This document shows positions 1 to 13,800 of a stretch of 64,000 nt of DNA, piece by piece. The stretch is from Antedon mediterranea (taxonomy: Eukaryota; Animalia; Echinodermata): contig NC_092671.1 in assembly GCF_964355755.1 (NCBI RefSeq), positions 26,362,070 to 26,426,069 of the forward strand. The letters run 5' to 3'. Below the pieces are notes generated by a model, which worked only from the letters and a program-made list of their open reading frames with translations, searched no databases and had not been told where the DNA came from. Every line of letters begins with the position of its first letter. Position 1 is the first letter of the stretch. The position numbers and the translations under genes were made by a program.

Positions 1-677
1 GTATAATAATTGTTATTATTATAAAAATATATATATGATAATTCCCTGATTATATTCTGATACACTAGTGCTAATCGATTTAAAGGTAAATGATATAATA
101 CTTCATACTGTTAATTTCAATATTCTTTATTATTGATTTATTTGAATAAACGTTTACTCGAGAGAGAAGTTTATTCAAGGGGGAATTTATTTAAAATGCT
201 GTTCTATTTCTATTTCTATTTCAGTGAATAATGTATTATCTGATTTTATTCTAATTCAGGTCTACATATAAATAATATATAGATCTAATCAATTTTGAGG
301 TAAATGATATAATATTTCATACTGTTATTTATGTACGTTTCATCAATAATTACAACTTTGTGTTCATAGTTTTATTTCTATTTTTATCTAAGTAAACTTA
401 AAAGTACAATGTTTACAGTTTACTTTCTTTATTTAATATTTTATGTATTTCATTATTCATTTTTGTTTCAAAAAGCAATTGTCGAATAGAATAATTAAAA
501 GTATCGTCTTAATGCATTTACATTTCAATTATCTTAAACAAAAAGCAATAAAAAAAAGGTGTTTTAATCTATTGAAATACAATGTGAATAAATTACATAA
601 ACTGATTATTGTCTTATTTTATGATCAAATTGTGGGCATTCTTTTGTCTGCTTTATTACATGTCTCATCTATTCCAT

Positions 678-710
678 TTACGAGTTCTTTTGTGGAATCT
701 TAATCGTAAC
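678..710 (-). CDS. ALDH2: ALDH2 coding exon 14 ([10 protein letters not shown])
   Basis: 33 nt, CAG acceptor, TAA stop; matches the ALDH2 C-terminus VTVKVPQKNS. Confidence 0.95.
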   Translation of the reverse strand, partial: VTIKIPQKNS

Positions 711-1789
711 CTGAAAGATAAGAATCAACTTCAAAATAAATATTTAAATATATGTTATGCTTACCTTAAAGATGTATAGTCCCCTGAAAAATAATTCTTT
801 AAATATTTTTTGTTGAATATTTCATTTTAATGTAACATAATAGTTATCCACTTTGACCAAAAATTCGATGGAAAAAAATGTATTTACCTGAAAAAATGTA
901 AATTAGAGCAAAACAATAGTCAAATTGGCTGCCAGCCAATGGATTTTTGGTTGAATTTAACCATTTATTTTGTCATTTTACAAGTGAAAACATTTTTTTT
1001 TTTCTTTTTTATTTCTATGGAAGTGATTAACTTTATTAAAACTTCAAAATAACATATTCAAAGTCTGATTTAATTCATCATAATTTTTCATGTTTTTGGG
1101 GGACAATACATCTTTAAGTGATGCTTACCTTCAGGCGAAATAAGGAGTACTTCTCGTATTGGCTGCCTCCTTAGTAGGGCTGTTAGGAGGAGCAATCTTT
1201 TAAATTATGAAACTTGGCCATTTTGAAATCCAAAACATTGTACACTAAAACATACTTCTCTTTGTTTTTATGTGCTAGTTATATGTTCGTTTAAAAGTGT
1301 TGGGTTTGAAACAATGAGTTAAGGTAAAGAATTCCATCTGTTAATGATGCGTATATCAAAGAAAGGTGTAAAATGGTCGGTATAATTTTGGAAAATGAAA
1401 AAATAACTTGCTCATTTTCAGTAATCCCAGTTCCCACAATTGTCCCTTGTGGAACGAATAAAGTACATTGAATTAAATTTATATATTGAATAGCTTTACT
1501 TACAGTTTTAACTTCAGTATAGTTTTCAAGACCATACTCTCCAAGTTCACGTCCAGTTCCGGACATTTTGTAACCACCAAACGGTGCAGCTGCCTGGAAT
1601 ACATCATAACAGTTCACCCTGAAAGCCAATGGAAACATGAAAAATATCATGGTTAATTTTTAGTGACAGTAGAAGTTGAATTAGGCTTATAAATGAATCG
1701 CATATATATCAATCATTAACATTAAATATAAAAAAATGATTTTGAACCACATGCATTACTGTGTTTGACCATAAATAAATTAAATGAAA

Positions 1790-1834
<45 letters not shown>

Positions 1835-4800
1835 ATTGGTAGGCCTACTTTTTACCAATTAATATACTTCTTTGCATTGGGAAAAGTATTTCAAACAACT
1901 TGTAATATAAAACACTCAATGAATTGTTGCAGAGAGGGGTTTGGGAGAAACGTAAATGCATATTAACAGATTCATTGTATTCATGTGAACAAATTCGTCT
2001 GGTGAAAAACAGACATGGCATATTCATGTTTCCATCTTTCAAATCCTTCTCTACGACAAATTCTAGTTTCTTGAGTTTTTACTTCAGTGTAAATTGATAG
2101 TTTCGACTTTTTGCAAAGTGAACAAATTGCACAACCAATCAAAGCTCAGTAAATGAACACTCATGCAACTCGAAAAATCTCGGCAGACAGGCAATGATCA
2201 TGCTATTCGCTCTTGTAGTGAAAAAGGGTAGTGCGATTTTTTTCTCTGCAAACGTCGGATCCATGCTATCAAATTTTCCTAGTGGAAAATTGGCTTCATG
2301 TCTTACCAGACAGTTCCTGCTCGGAGGCTTTGACTGAACATCATGGCCTTATCAAGATCCTTGGTAAAGATAGATGCAGCCAAGCCATACATAGAATCAT
2401 TTGCCCGTTCTACCAACTCATCCTTGTCACTGAATTTCATAACCTGCATCACTGGGCCAAAGATCTGCATAAAATAAAAAGAAGAAATATTTCATAATGA
2501 AGGATTTACTACATTTGAAGTCCTCAATACTGACCATTCTTTGGACTGATGATGTACGGTTAGCTGTAAAGTTTGGTTTCATGTAAGCATATGTGTACCG
2601 GCGCGGTATTAACATAGTATGGCTGCTATTGTACATACATAGAGTAGAAGGCAGCCACTATGCAACATTCAATTTGTCAACCTACTTCAACATTCAGCCT
2701 TCTATCGCACCATTTAAGGGTAATAGCTAGTAGTCCTTATTTTGTTTATTAAACAAGGCCAACAGCCATTAAGTCGCGTGCTACAATGCATAGTGATACC
2801 GGACCGACAGACAGACCGACAGACCAACAGACAGACAGACCGACAGACAGACAGACCGACAGACCGACCGACATAGTGAACTATACTGACCGAAATTACT
2901 GAACATGTTTAAAAATGTTGAAATGTTTAAAAACATTTATATTTTTTTAATTTACACGTGCGTAGCCTGTCACTTTCGACGTGCTCGTATAACGTAATTT
3001 CGAGTTGAAAAGTAAATAAAAAAAACAGAAATCGGGCAAAAAGAGTGCGCAATAACATTTAACGCGCAGTGCGCGCGCAAAAATATGTGCACTCATGGCA
3101 ATTTTGTAAACGCTTAAAATTGCCTGAAATGTACTCTTATTTCATCGAAAATAAATTTTGAAAATTTTAAGCGCGCGTACGCATGCGTTACATGCGCTAC
3201 GCACGTAATTGTATTGCCATATGATGATTTATGCCCTGAAATTTATGAGTACCAAATTTTATTTAATTGTGATTCATGGTTGTGAAGATGAAGATTTATG
3301 AAGATTTCGTTAAATCGTGCGTAGACCGCGTAATTTTTTATTGCGCACCGTGAAAACATAACCACATTGATTCCTGGCCATAAGGAATATACTGTGAAAA
3401 ATTGACCTAGCTAGATTAAACTGATATCAAGATAAGGTCACAGAAAGCGATAAAACGCATAGTGATACCGGACCGACAGACAGACAGACAGACAGACCGA
3501 CCAACCGACCGACATAGTGAACTATAGAGTCGCTTCCACGCGACTAAAAATAAACAATTATGCATTTCAACATATACTTTCTTAGTTGTTCATACTTCTA
3601 ATGATTTTGAGATTCGTTGCAGTCATAAGGCAAGGCAATGTTACACATTCACTGCCGTTAAGTATAAATGAAAATAGAGGGTGCTGTATATAATTTAAAA
3701 TACATCATACTGCTGAGTACACATAAACAGCATTCTAAGGGTGGAAAAACTCTATCTTGGTGTGTAGATATGGAAAAGAAAGGAAAAAAGTATGTAATTC
3801 TAAATAAAAAGATTCAAGAATCAAGAAATTGTCAATTTAAAATGGAAATTCATTTTGCTTGATATAGTTAAACAATAAAAAGGATCTGTATGTGTCGTTC
3901 TGCTACATTCACACTTGTTCCGTTTCATGAAACAGAGATGACACTGTTCAATTTTTTTCCATAATTAATAATAATAATAATAAAAATATTTATTCGGTCA
4001 TCAATGCAAAAATAACCAGGAATGAAAATAGGCTAAAGCCCAAACAGATTCTGCACTCACTCCATACAATACAAACAGTTAAGATAAAACCATATACAAG
4101 AAAAATACATATAAACTATACATAACATGAAATATAGTGTTGCAATGACTTTTTCATTCAAAGGGCTTGATTTCAAAACAGACTAGTCAGATACACCTAT
4201 CGTGTTATTTTTAAGCCTTTACCTCCTCCTTAGCAATTCTCATATTTTCTTTAACATCAGTGAATACTGTAGGCTCAACAAAGTATCCCTTGTCTCCGTA
4301 ACGATTGCCACCAGCAGCTAGGGTTGCACCCTCAGACTTTCCACTGTCAATCAAATCCAAAATCTTGTCCATTTGTTCCTTATCAACCTTATCAAAAAAT
4401 TAAAAACATTGTTTGTGATATTTTGTAACTTATATGTTACAGCCTTCTATCAGAATCTGCTAGAGAAAGCAACGTTTTTTTAGTTCACATTGTATAATTT
4501 TTACAGGCCAGCATGATCTTTCTGCTATGTAGGCCCATTCAAATCTCTAATCTTCTTTTTTATGTTATCATTCAAAACCTTATGCTTTTTTGACATTATA
4601 TAAGTGGTGAATCTAATTTACTTTTACATTCACTTCACATATTTTCCCACTTTCTAAAGTATCTATGCTCTTATCAGATGTCAATGGTCGTAAATATAAA
4701 TTCACTTTCTTAATTCCCTACAACTTCTACAACAGGCAGGTGTTAACTATTTTCCTCTTTACACACTACAGACTGTTCCCTTTACCAAGGAAGAGTGGTT

Positions 4801-7800
4801 CACTGTCAATAGGGGCCATCTTCAAAACTTCTTAACTCAGCCCCTAATAGAGCTGATAAGGTTTAAAACAAACCTGTGGACCTTGCTCATTGTTGGAGTC
4901 AAATGGGTCTCCAATTGTTCGTTTCTCAGCTCTCTTGATGGTACGTTCAACAAATTCATCATATATGCCATCTTCAACATATGTCCTGCTTGCAGCAGTA
5001 CAGCACTGTCCTTGGTTGAAGAACAAGGCAAAATGGCTCTGTTCTACTGCATAGTCCACTGAAAGATATGATAATAATAATACCACTCCATTAGTTGGAT
5101 AGACAATGTTCTCTACGTTTTGGACATAATAATTATGTGGATACTGGTATATACTGTAGTTGTTTATTAGTTTCCCACAAATAATACATTCTCTTAAAAA
5201 TTCATTAGATATTTATAAATGTGGATGGTGGTCACAATTAACAAATAAAAGAAAAACATCAAGGTGGTTTATGATATAAATAATAGATTGAGAAACAGTT
5301 GAGAAAGGAAAAAAGAGGATACAAAAAGCAATACATGAAATAGTAAAATATAAATCAGAACAGATAAGGCTCACCTGCCATATTATGAGACCAGATGCTT
5401 TTTAATATTGGATTTAAAGGTGGTGTTGCACCCTGTTTGAGCATTGGGCTTGTACAGTACAATAACTCAAATATAGGCCAAGGCGAATTCAATAATGCAA
5501 TGCTTATTTTTTATTTATACGCATTTAAAAGCAAGCAATTTACCAATTACATGATGGATAAACTATTTTATAAATTTAAGAGTTGAGAAAGAGCTATGAG
5601 TTACAATCCTGTCACTAAGTCAAGATTGAACCCTAGATCGGAATTTAACCACCAAGCTATATTTCCACTAAAAAATTAAGCATATATTCTGCCAAAAGAA
5701 AATCACATCACTTCTTAGGGAGTCTCCTATATAATTTGTCTATAATGTTTTTTCTTTATTTCAAAAATATACTGTAAATATGTTGCACTCACAATCAGCA
5801 TCATTCATAACAATCAGTGGGCTTTTCCCTCCTAGTTCTAAAGTTACACGTTTCAAGTTGGAATCACCGGCAGCTTTCTGAATAATCTTACCAATCTATA
5901 TTTTTTAAAAAAGAAAATCAGTTAGTTATGGTGAGTGCATAACACTCGACACAGGATTGAACTTCACCCTATTGTATTGCAAGTATTCTACAAATATTAC
6001 CTCAGTGGATCCAGTGAATCCAACCTTATCTACATCATTGTGTAATGCAATTGCTGCTCCTGCTGTAGGTCCATAGCCTGGTATCATATTCACCACACCT
6101 GGTGGGAAACCAGCCTAAAAGAAATCAGATTTAATTTTTAAAATGAGGGATTACACAAAAACTGCTTTTTTGCACATAAAATAAAAGTTAAAGTAATTTA
6201 TAAAAGTTGATGAAAGTCTCCATTCTCATGATTTGGAGGCTAAGTGAGTGATTCTTCTCTGCCATTGTTTATTTAATGTTAAATTCAACACAGTGTATTT
6301 GATTATTTTTGTGGGGAGGTTGTGATTGTCTTGTGCTTTAGAAAATTAAAATTCTTATTTATTTGGTTGTTTTAGACTTTGTTCCAGTACTTTAACATCA
6401 TACATTACTTTAGTTTCCACATGTTTTTATTTTAAAAAAAAAGAAAACAATATATTGTACAAAAAGCAATTTTGCACATCATTTGCTTTTAAAATTGATA
6501 GTACATCAGGTCCCCTCCTTTGCATCATACTCAAAATGTGATTTTACCTCTTTGCAGAGACCAGCAATGTACAAGCCAGTGAGTGGAGTCTGTTCTGCTA
6601 ACTTCATCACAACAACATTACCCATGGCAAGAGCTGGGCCTAGCTTCCAGGCCTGCATAAGCAATGGGAAATTCCACTAAAGAGAGAGAAAAAAAGAAAG
6701 AATAACATTATTATACAGATATTCACTTGTGGTCTGAATGATGCAAGCGGTGTTATCAGAGATCCTTGAAACATTCGATGTAATACTATATTTAACACAT
6801 GACATAGGATGTAATATAATCCAGTGCTAATTCTACCTTTTACATTACAGAGATACTGTAAATTACACTGAAACTTACTGGAATGATCTGGCCACAAACG
6901 CCAACAGGCTCATGACGAGTGAAAGAGAGATAGTCACCATCTGAAAAAATACAGAGATATGAGATATTTTAAAGGCACATATTTTTGTTCTTCAAGTACG
7001 ATACACTAAGTACAGCAATATACTCCATAAATTGGAAATATGCATCAGATTTTTTTAATTGCACATGTCAGGCAATTAAGTTATAGGGAATACTTATGGG
7101 AAGACTTGCTCTACCACCAATCAAATGTCATTGTTACTTCGAACCCAGGTGCCACATCTCACTGAACATACAGAGGTGTTCATCCACATGGAGTGGGATG
7201 AAAACTCTTATACTATTCCTCCTAATTTATGGAGCCATCGCAGCTATAGTTATACTGTATACAATACATTACTGATAGCAAGCAATAATGTTACAATTGC
7301 ACATTTTTTCAGTATTTAGGAGTACCATATTTGTTGTATTCTATATTAAGCTGCAAAAATTATGAATTTGAAATAATGTGCATACGAGACTACTGTTTCA
7401 TGTGAAATATTTGGCCATTGTACAATACGTTCATCGTAACTATTATCCCTCTCTTTTTTTTTATCTATAGCTGTATTTACATCAATGTTTATTAGAAGGG
7501 TGTAGTAGAAAAAACTTACTGACTGGAATTGTTTTCCCGTGATTCTTATCTGCCCAGCCAGCATAATACCTAATAGAAAAAAAATCATAATTATTATTAT
7601 TATTATTAACTGTACTTTTGAGGCTCTGTGTTTGTGCAACTGCAAGAGTTGTGGCATGTCATTTAAAACATAGGTTCCAATACTTTTAGACTTATAGTGT
7701 TTGTTAATTTTTTTTACAACTTCTATGAAGCTTTCTTGATAAAATGTCAACATAATAGTCAACTTTGTCTCCTAAAAAAAAAAATAAATAATTATAATAC

Positions 7801-10800
7801 ACTAAAACTAAACTTATATAGTTGAGATTTCTCACAAAGTAGGCGGCCTAAAAATGTCTATAAGTTAAACCTCAATTGAATTGATATATTTTTCTGTTTC
7901 TTATAACTGTTGTCTTTTGTATGTGTATGTTTTGAATGAAAAAACGGTAAAATTAACTATTATGGTCAGTTTTTTCTAATTATTTATTGGAAAAAATGTT
8001 ATTTAACTATTACCAACTTAGTTTTGATAATTTGAGATAAAACTTGGCAAGCAATACAGTATGTGTTTTAATTTTTATAAATGGGATGACCAACCTGCAA
8101 TGCACTATTTATTGGTAGCTTGCCAAAAAACAAGTCACAAAACAATATACTGTAACCAAGGTCAAACACTAAATAGATCAGCATTTCAACTGTGCCATTA
8201 CAACAATAATATACATGGCAAAAAAGAAACTAGAAAATTGCAAAATATACTGGAATTGTGAAATATAAATTCAGTTAGAAATCACCTAAAATAACTACAC
8301 TGGGATTTTTTGGTTTGGACATTACACAAGAAAAGGGGCATTTTCTGTAGAAGTAAGTCCCTTAAATAACATAAGTATTACGTACAAGACAACAACAATT
8401 GAAGGGAAAAAAATGCTACTGTGGCAAATGATTTTAAAATGCTACTAAATTAAGTGGCAAATGATTTTAAAATGCTACTAAGTGGCAAATGATTTTAAAA
8501 TGCTACTAGTGGCAAATTATTTTAAAATGCTACTAGTGGCAAATGATTTTAAAATGCTACTAAGTGGCAAGTGATTTTAAAATGCTACTAGTGGCAAATG
8601 ATTTTAAAATGCTACTAAGTGGCAAATTATTTTAAAATACTACTAAGTGGCAAATGATTTTAAAATGCTACTAAGTGGCAAATGATTTTAAAATGCTACT
8701 AAGTGCCAAATGATTTTAAAATGCTACTAAGTGGTAAATGATTTTAAAATGCTACTAAGTGGTAAATGATTTTAAAATGCTACTCTAGTGCCAAACAATT
8801 TTAAAATGCTACTAGTGGTAAATGTTTTTCAAATGCTACTATAAGTGGCAAACAAAAAAAATCAGTATGACTGGTAAATTTCTCAAGGTCATCATCATCA
8901 TCATCATATTTTTCTAATTTTACAGAATCTGAGATGAACTGTAAAGGTCACCAGGAGCAAACAAGTATAGAATGATTGAGAAATATGTAATTTATGCAAG
9001 ACAGGATATTATTTTGTAGATTTTTCAATTGATGGCCTGAATACAGTGCTTAATGGGGATCAATGGACACAGTAAATATGTCAGGTAGCTTTGTACCATA
9101 TAGGCTTTGTTAAAATTAAAAAATTTGAGTGGAATTCCAATACGGTGATTTGTTGTTTACATCTGGTTGTACACGCCAACAATAACAACAAACTATCATG
9201 TTTGTTTTTATTTAGAAGATCATGTGTTGATGTGTGACTTTGTTAAGTTTGATTTGATTTTATTCAACATCATATTATAACAACACAGAATCAATTTACA
9301 AATATAAAATACAACAATATAAAATTGATAAAATCATTTAAAAAAGCATGTATGTATGTACATCCTTATCCTAGTTATAGTAAATAAGTTTCATTTTAAC
9401 CCTTTGAAGATGTGGGCCGTATCGCATACGAGGTAATTTACTCTCTCATGACGCAAGGCACGTGAGTATGTACAGGTTGACTTTTTGGGGTCACTGAATT
9501 GCACTTTTTGAGCATTTGACCTTTGACCTAGGTAAACTGAGTAGTATAATAGTACCCTTTCTTGGCACGACCACATTTTAACTGTTTACTCTTCTGCCTC
9601 CAGGACTTTAGGATTTATCCGTCGTACTGTTGGTACCAATGACTCTCATTCTCTTCTTCTACTTTACAAATCCTTGTGTCGTCTGATTCTGGAATATGGT
9701 GCTTCTGTGTGGTTTCCACATTTGGCTTCCCATCTTACTCTTCTTGAAAAACCTCAACGCATTCTTACAAGATACTATTTTCCGGGTAAACACTTTGAAC
9801 GTCCTACTTACGCCGAAAGATTAGCTCTCCTTCATCTTCCTTCTTCTTCTCGGATTGATTTCCAAACTATTATCTTTGTTGTCAAATGTTTATACACTAT
9901 TATTGATCTCGATGTTTCTTCCTTTTTTTCTCCTATTTCTCAACACAAATTTAATCTTCTATTCAGGCCACCCTTTGCTCGAACTGTCTGTTTTCAATTT
10001 TCACTCTTTCCTAGATTCTGTAAACTTTGGAATGGTCTTCCCTCAGATTTAAGAGACCTTGCTCTCCTTGGCAGGTTTCGAGATTTTGTGACTAGTCTTT
10101 GCCAACACTATTTCCATTCCTGATTTCTCCTCTCCTTGCCTCAGCTCTTCCTTTTGATTTGAGTCTTAGATTAAAATTTTTTTAATCATTTTTTTTTCTT
10201 TATTTTGCTTTTTTAATTATTTTTTTAAGGGTCTATGAGGGCTCACGATTTTGTATTCTCGTCCTTTGATTGACGCGAATCAACAGACAGTTGCATGCCA
10301 ACAGGTTGAGGTCACACACACACAGCACATTAAAGTTCAAAATTGACAATTTTTAAATGGGCATGTGAATCATAACTAAAGAACTATCTTTGATTGTATG
10401 TATTTTTACGATTAAAGGACATCTTTTTAATAATTAATCATAAATATATCTGAAGAAAGAACAACGATTAATTTTTAAATGTCGAGCAGCGTTTTTGTAA
10501 GAAATATTTCTTGTTTAATTTGTTAGTATGTGTGTCATGTGTACAGTATCATAGACTTTGCCAAGATGTGATATATCATTACTACAGTATAGCAGGAAGA
10601 AATGGGAAATATCTATTTCCTTTGAAAAAATCCCTAAATGTAACAACATACCTGTAGCATTTAATGGTGAGATCCAGATCTGCTGCATGTGCAATGTGAA
10701 ATGGTTTTCCATTATCCAATGTTTCAAGACTCTGTAAAAAACAAATTATCCAGGTGTCATTTTGTCTCAGATAAGTTATTCTGATCTACACAGAGGGTGA

Positions 10801-13800
10801 TGTTAATTGGCTTTCTATATTACAGACAAATTTCTCTTTTGCCACTTTTTTCCAAGATCATTGAGAAACTTATGCACTGCAGACTGTATATTATCTTACC
10901 AAATTTAATTTTTTACACCAATATGGTTTTCAAAAAAACTACTCAACCAATCATGCAACAACTTCTTTTAAAAGAGTACTTTTATTGATTATAACCAAAT
11001 CTTTTGATGTTGTTGATCACAGTATTTTAATCTGTAAGCTTTGGCATTAGGTCGAGTGTCCCACTCGATTGGTTTAGAAGCTATCTGAAAAAAAAAACGA
11101 CAACAAAACTGTATGTACAAGGGAGGGAGGCAACATATGGGGTGTGACACCGTTAGTGTTGTCTCCTTCACTGATGATACCACTTTATACTACTCAAACA
11201 AAAACCAGGGGCGGATCCAGGATTATTTTTGCGGGGGGGCACACGCGATCGTAGAGAGAAAATACACTGGGGGAAGCCCAGAAAAAAAATGCATTTTATG
11301 TCAAAAACACACAGAGAGCCATATACTGTATAAAAAGAGGGGTGAATTTGTGTGTTTTTTGTATTGGTTCATGCTTTGATGTATCCTGACTTGCATGTAG
11401 GACCTAGTGTAACACTCTGACCATCAGGTCAACAACCCTTTTTCACTATTTCTCCCTACTCCATCTACTAACATTCCTAGTGGTTTCTTCCTATCCCTAG
11501 GTACTCTTTGTTCACTCTCCTATAACCCACATCCTTAATCAATTACTGTTTCCTCATCATCATGGAATGTTCCCTTTACTAAATAGTCCCCTCCCAGTAC
11601 ATGCATATTAATTAGGACCGTTCCTTAAAATATGGATGTACTGGTAAGAGGAGAGAAGAGAAGGAAAAGAGCTTGGTAGAATAAAACATTTATAATAGAG
11701 AGAAGAAAACGTATGTAATATAGCCAGAACAGACTGTATTACATTGCATATTTAAATAAAGCTGTATCTGACCATAAACCATATTTGCTGTTGGTACATT
11801 TTGTTACTGTGTGAAATCCTGCCGCTGAGACTATATAATATAGTAACGGATACACTAAAATAATTACTAAAATAAAAACGGAATATAAGCGTTATTTCAT
11901 AGACAAAAAAATCTAAAAATAATGCATGAACTATAGGAAAACGCTTTACAAAATAGACGCGCGCGCCCTCAGCGTGCAAATTCTTTGACACAAAAATGGC
12001 TTCTAATTTTCAATGTCGTAACTCTTTATATATATGGCTTTGTCCCATTTTAGGGGAGCATCATTATGAATATGCATTTCTGCGCTCGCCTTCTGAATGA
12101 ACATTTTAATACGCTGCGCTTTCCGAATGAATTGCCGATTCTTACAAAGGGAGGATATCGCCTTGTTGTAACTACGTATAGGCCTACGCCTTTTTCACGA
12201 AACGGAAGACATCTTCGAACGATGACAAACAATGCCGTGCAACGAAGCGTAACCAACACAAATAACATAACGTTTTCAGGGGATTTCAGGACACCATGTT
12301 AATTTAAAAATTGTAACTCTTCAAAGGTGGATCGTATGAGAAAAAAAATTACTGTAAAATGTTCTTAATTAATTCGTACAAAGCCCTTGTAACTTGATAC
12401 AGTCTAGATATCGACGCTTGGACCGGGGAGTTGCTTGGACCGCAATGAAAATAAGTTCGGATCGTTCACCTTTGTCCCTGGCCTCAAACCCCTCCCCCGC
12501 TCATTGCGCACGCGCCTATTCCTCTACTTAGGCTGGCCTAGTACCAGATAGAGAGTACCAGTGGTGGCGCCAGCGGGGGGGGGGGGGGGGGAGGGGGGGG
12601 GGTTGTTGCTACATTGCTAGCCCCCTCTTCGGGTGAGCTTAGCCCTCTGCCGGGGGGGGGGGGGAGGGGTACACGGGTACTTTTTGTCGGGGAATATAAT
12701 ATACAGTAATAAACGTTTGCGTTCACTTCATATAGCTTCAGCGCCTAGAAAACCACGACGTTCCATTGACCGTGAGAGTACATCAGAGGGCTATATGCAC
12801 TTTTATGCATTCATTATTGCCAGAGATCTAACTACTAAACAATAGCTAGTACGCACTTGTTTGGTGGTATCCTTTTGTACGAATCGTTCACCGTTGGGTC
12901 GAGACGCGTGATATTATGTTCCATCCAGGGACCCAAAATGTGTAATGTAGTTATTACCGAAGGGAACACGGGTACTTTTTGTCGGGGAATATAATATACA
13001 GTAAAAAACGTTCGCGTTCACTTGGTAGCTTCAGCGCCTAGAAGACCGACGTTTCATTGACCGTGAGAGTACGTCAGAGTGATATTATGCACTTTACATG
13101 CATTCATTGTTGCCAGCGATCTAACTTACTAATAAACAATAGCTAGGTACGCACTTGTTTGGCGGTATCCCTTTGTACGAATCGTTCAACGTTGGGTCGA
13201 GACGCGTGATATCATGTTCCATCCAGGGACCAAAATGTGTACTGTAGTGTATTTTCCAGGCGAAGTTTACCGACGGTTACGTCGTGTACTGTGTCGACGT
13301 ACGCTACACTACGGCAAAAACGAATTATGTTAATTGTTCGTATGTTCACCAATTTTTTAATTTACAAGTAACCCTCTGTACCGTGGGGCACCTAAAATAA
13401 ATATTTCATCCATTACTAAACAAAAAAACATGCCATTTTCACTTAGCCAACATCTTATTATAGCTAAGTTATTAAATTTTCAATGTCCTGTATGTCATGA
13501 ATTTCTCACCACTCGGAAATCCAGATGGTACGCACGCATACACTTGGGGAGGAATAAACTTATTTCCCCGACTGAAAAAGGTCTACGCTTGCGTTTTTTA
13601 AGCCTCTAGGCCTGATGTTTCCAAAGTATAAAATGCAATTTTTTGAAGACCTGCAGCTGCAACATTTTCTTAGCTCAGCCCCAACAATAAAGCTGGTCAT
13701 ATTTCGAAGTACAAGAAGTGCATTTTCCGGGACCTAACATCTCTATTTTTCAAACAATTCTTAGGTCAGTCACAACCATGATAGGGACTTATATATTTTC

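Noticed and set aside
1-677. Specific ALDH2 polyadenylation site
   Set aside because: Several minus-strand AATAAA hexamers occur in very AT-rich sequence; cannot choose without transcript data.
1291-1650. Long ORFs overlapping ALDH exons (also 4844-5086, 16123-16350)
   Set aside because: ALDH similarity stops at the splice sites; the extensions are intron read-through.
9396-9575. TTAA-CCCTTT piggyBac-like left end
   Set aside because: No matching right end found; probably disrupted by the LINE fragment, so limits cannot be defined.
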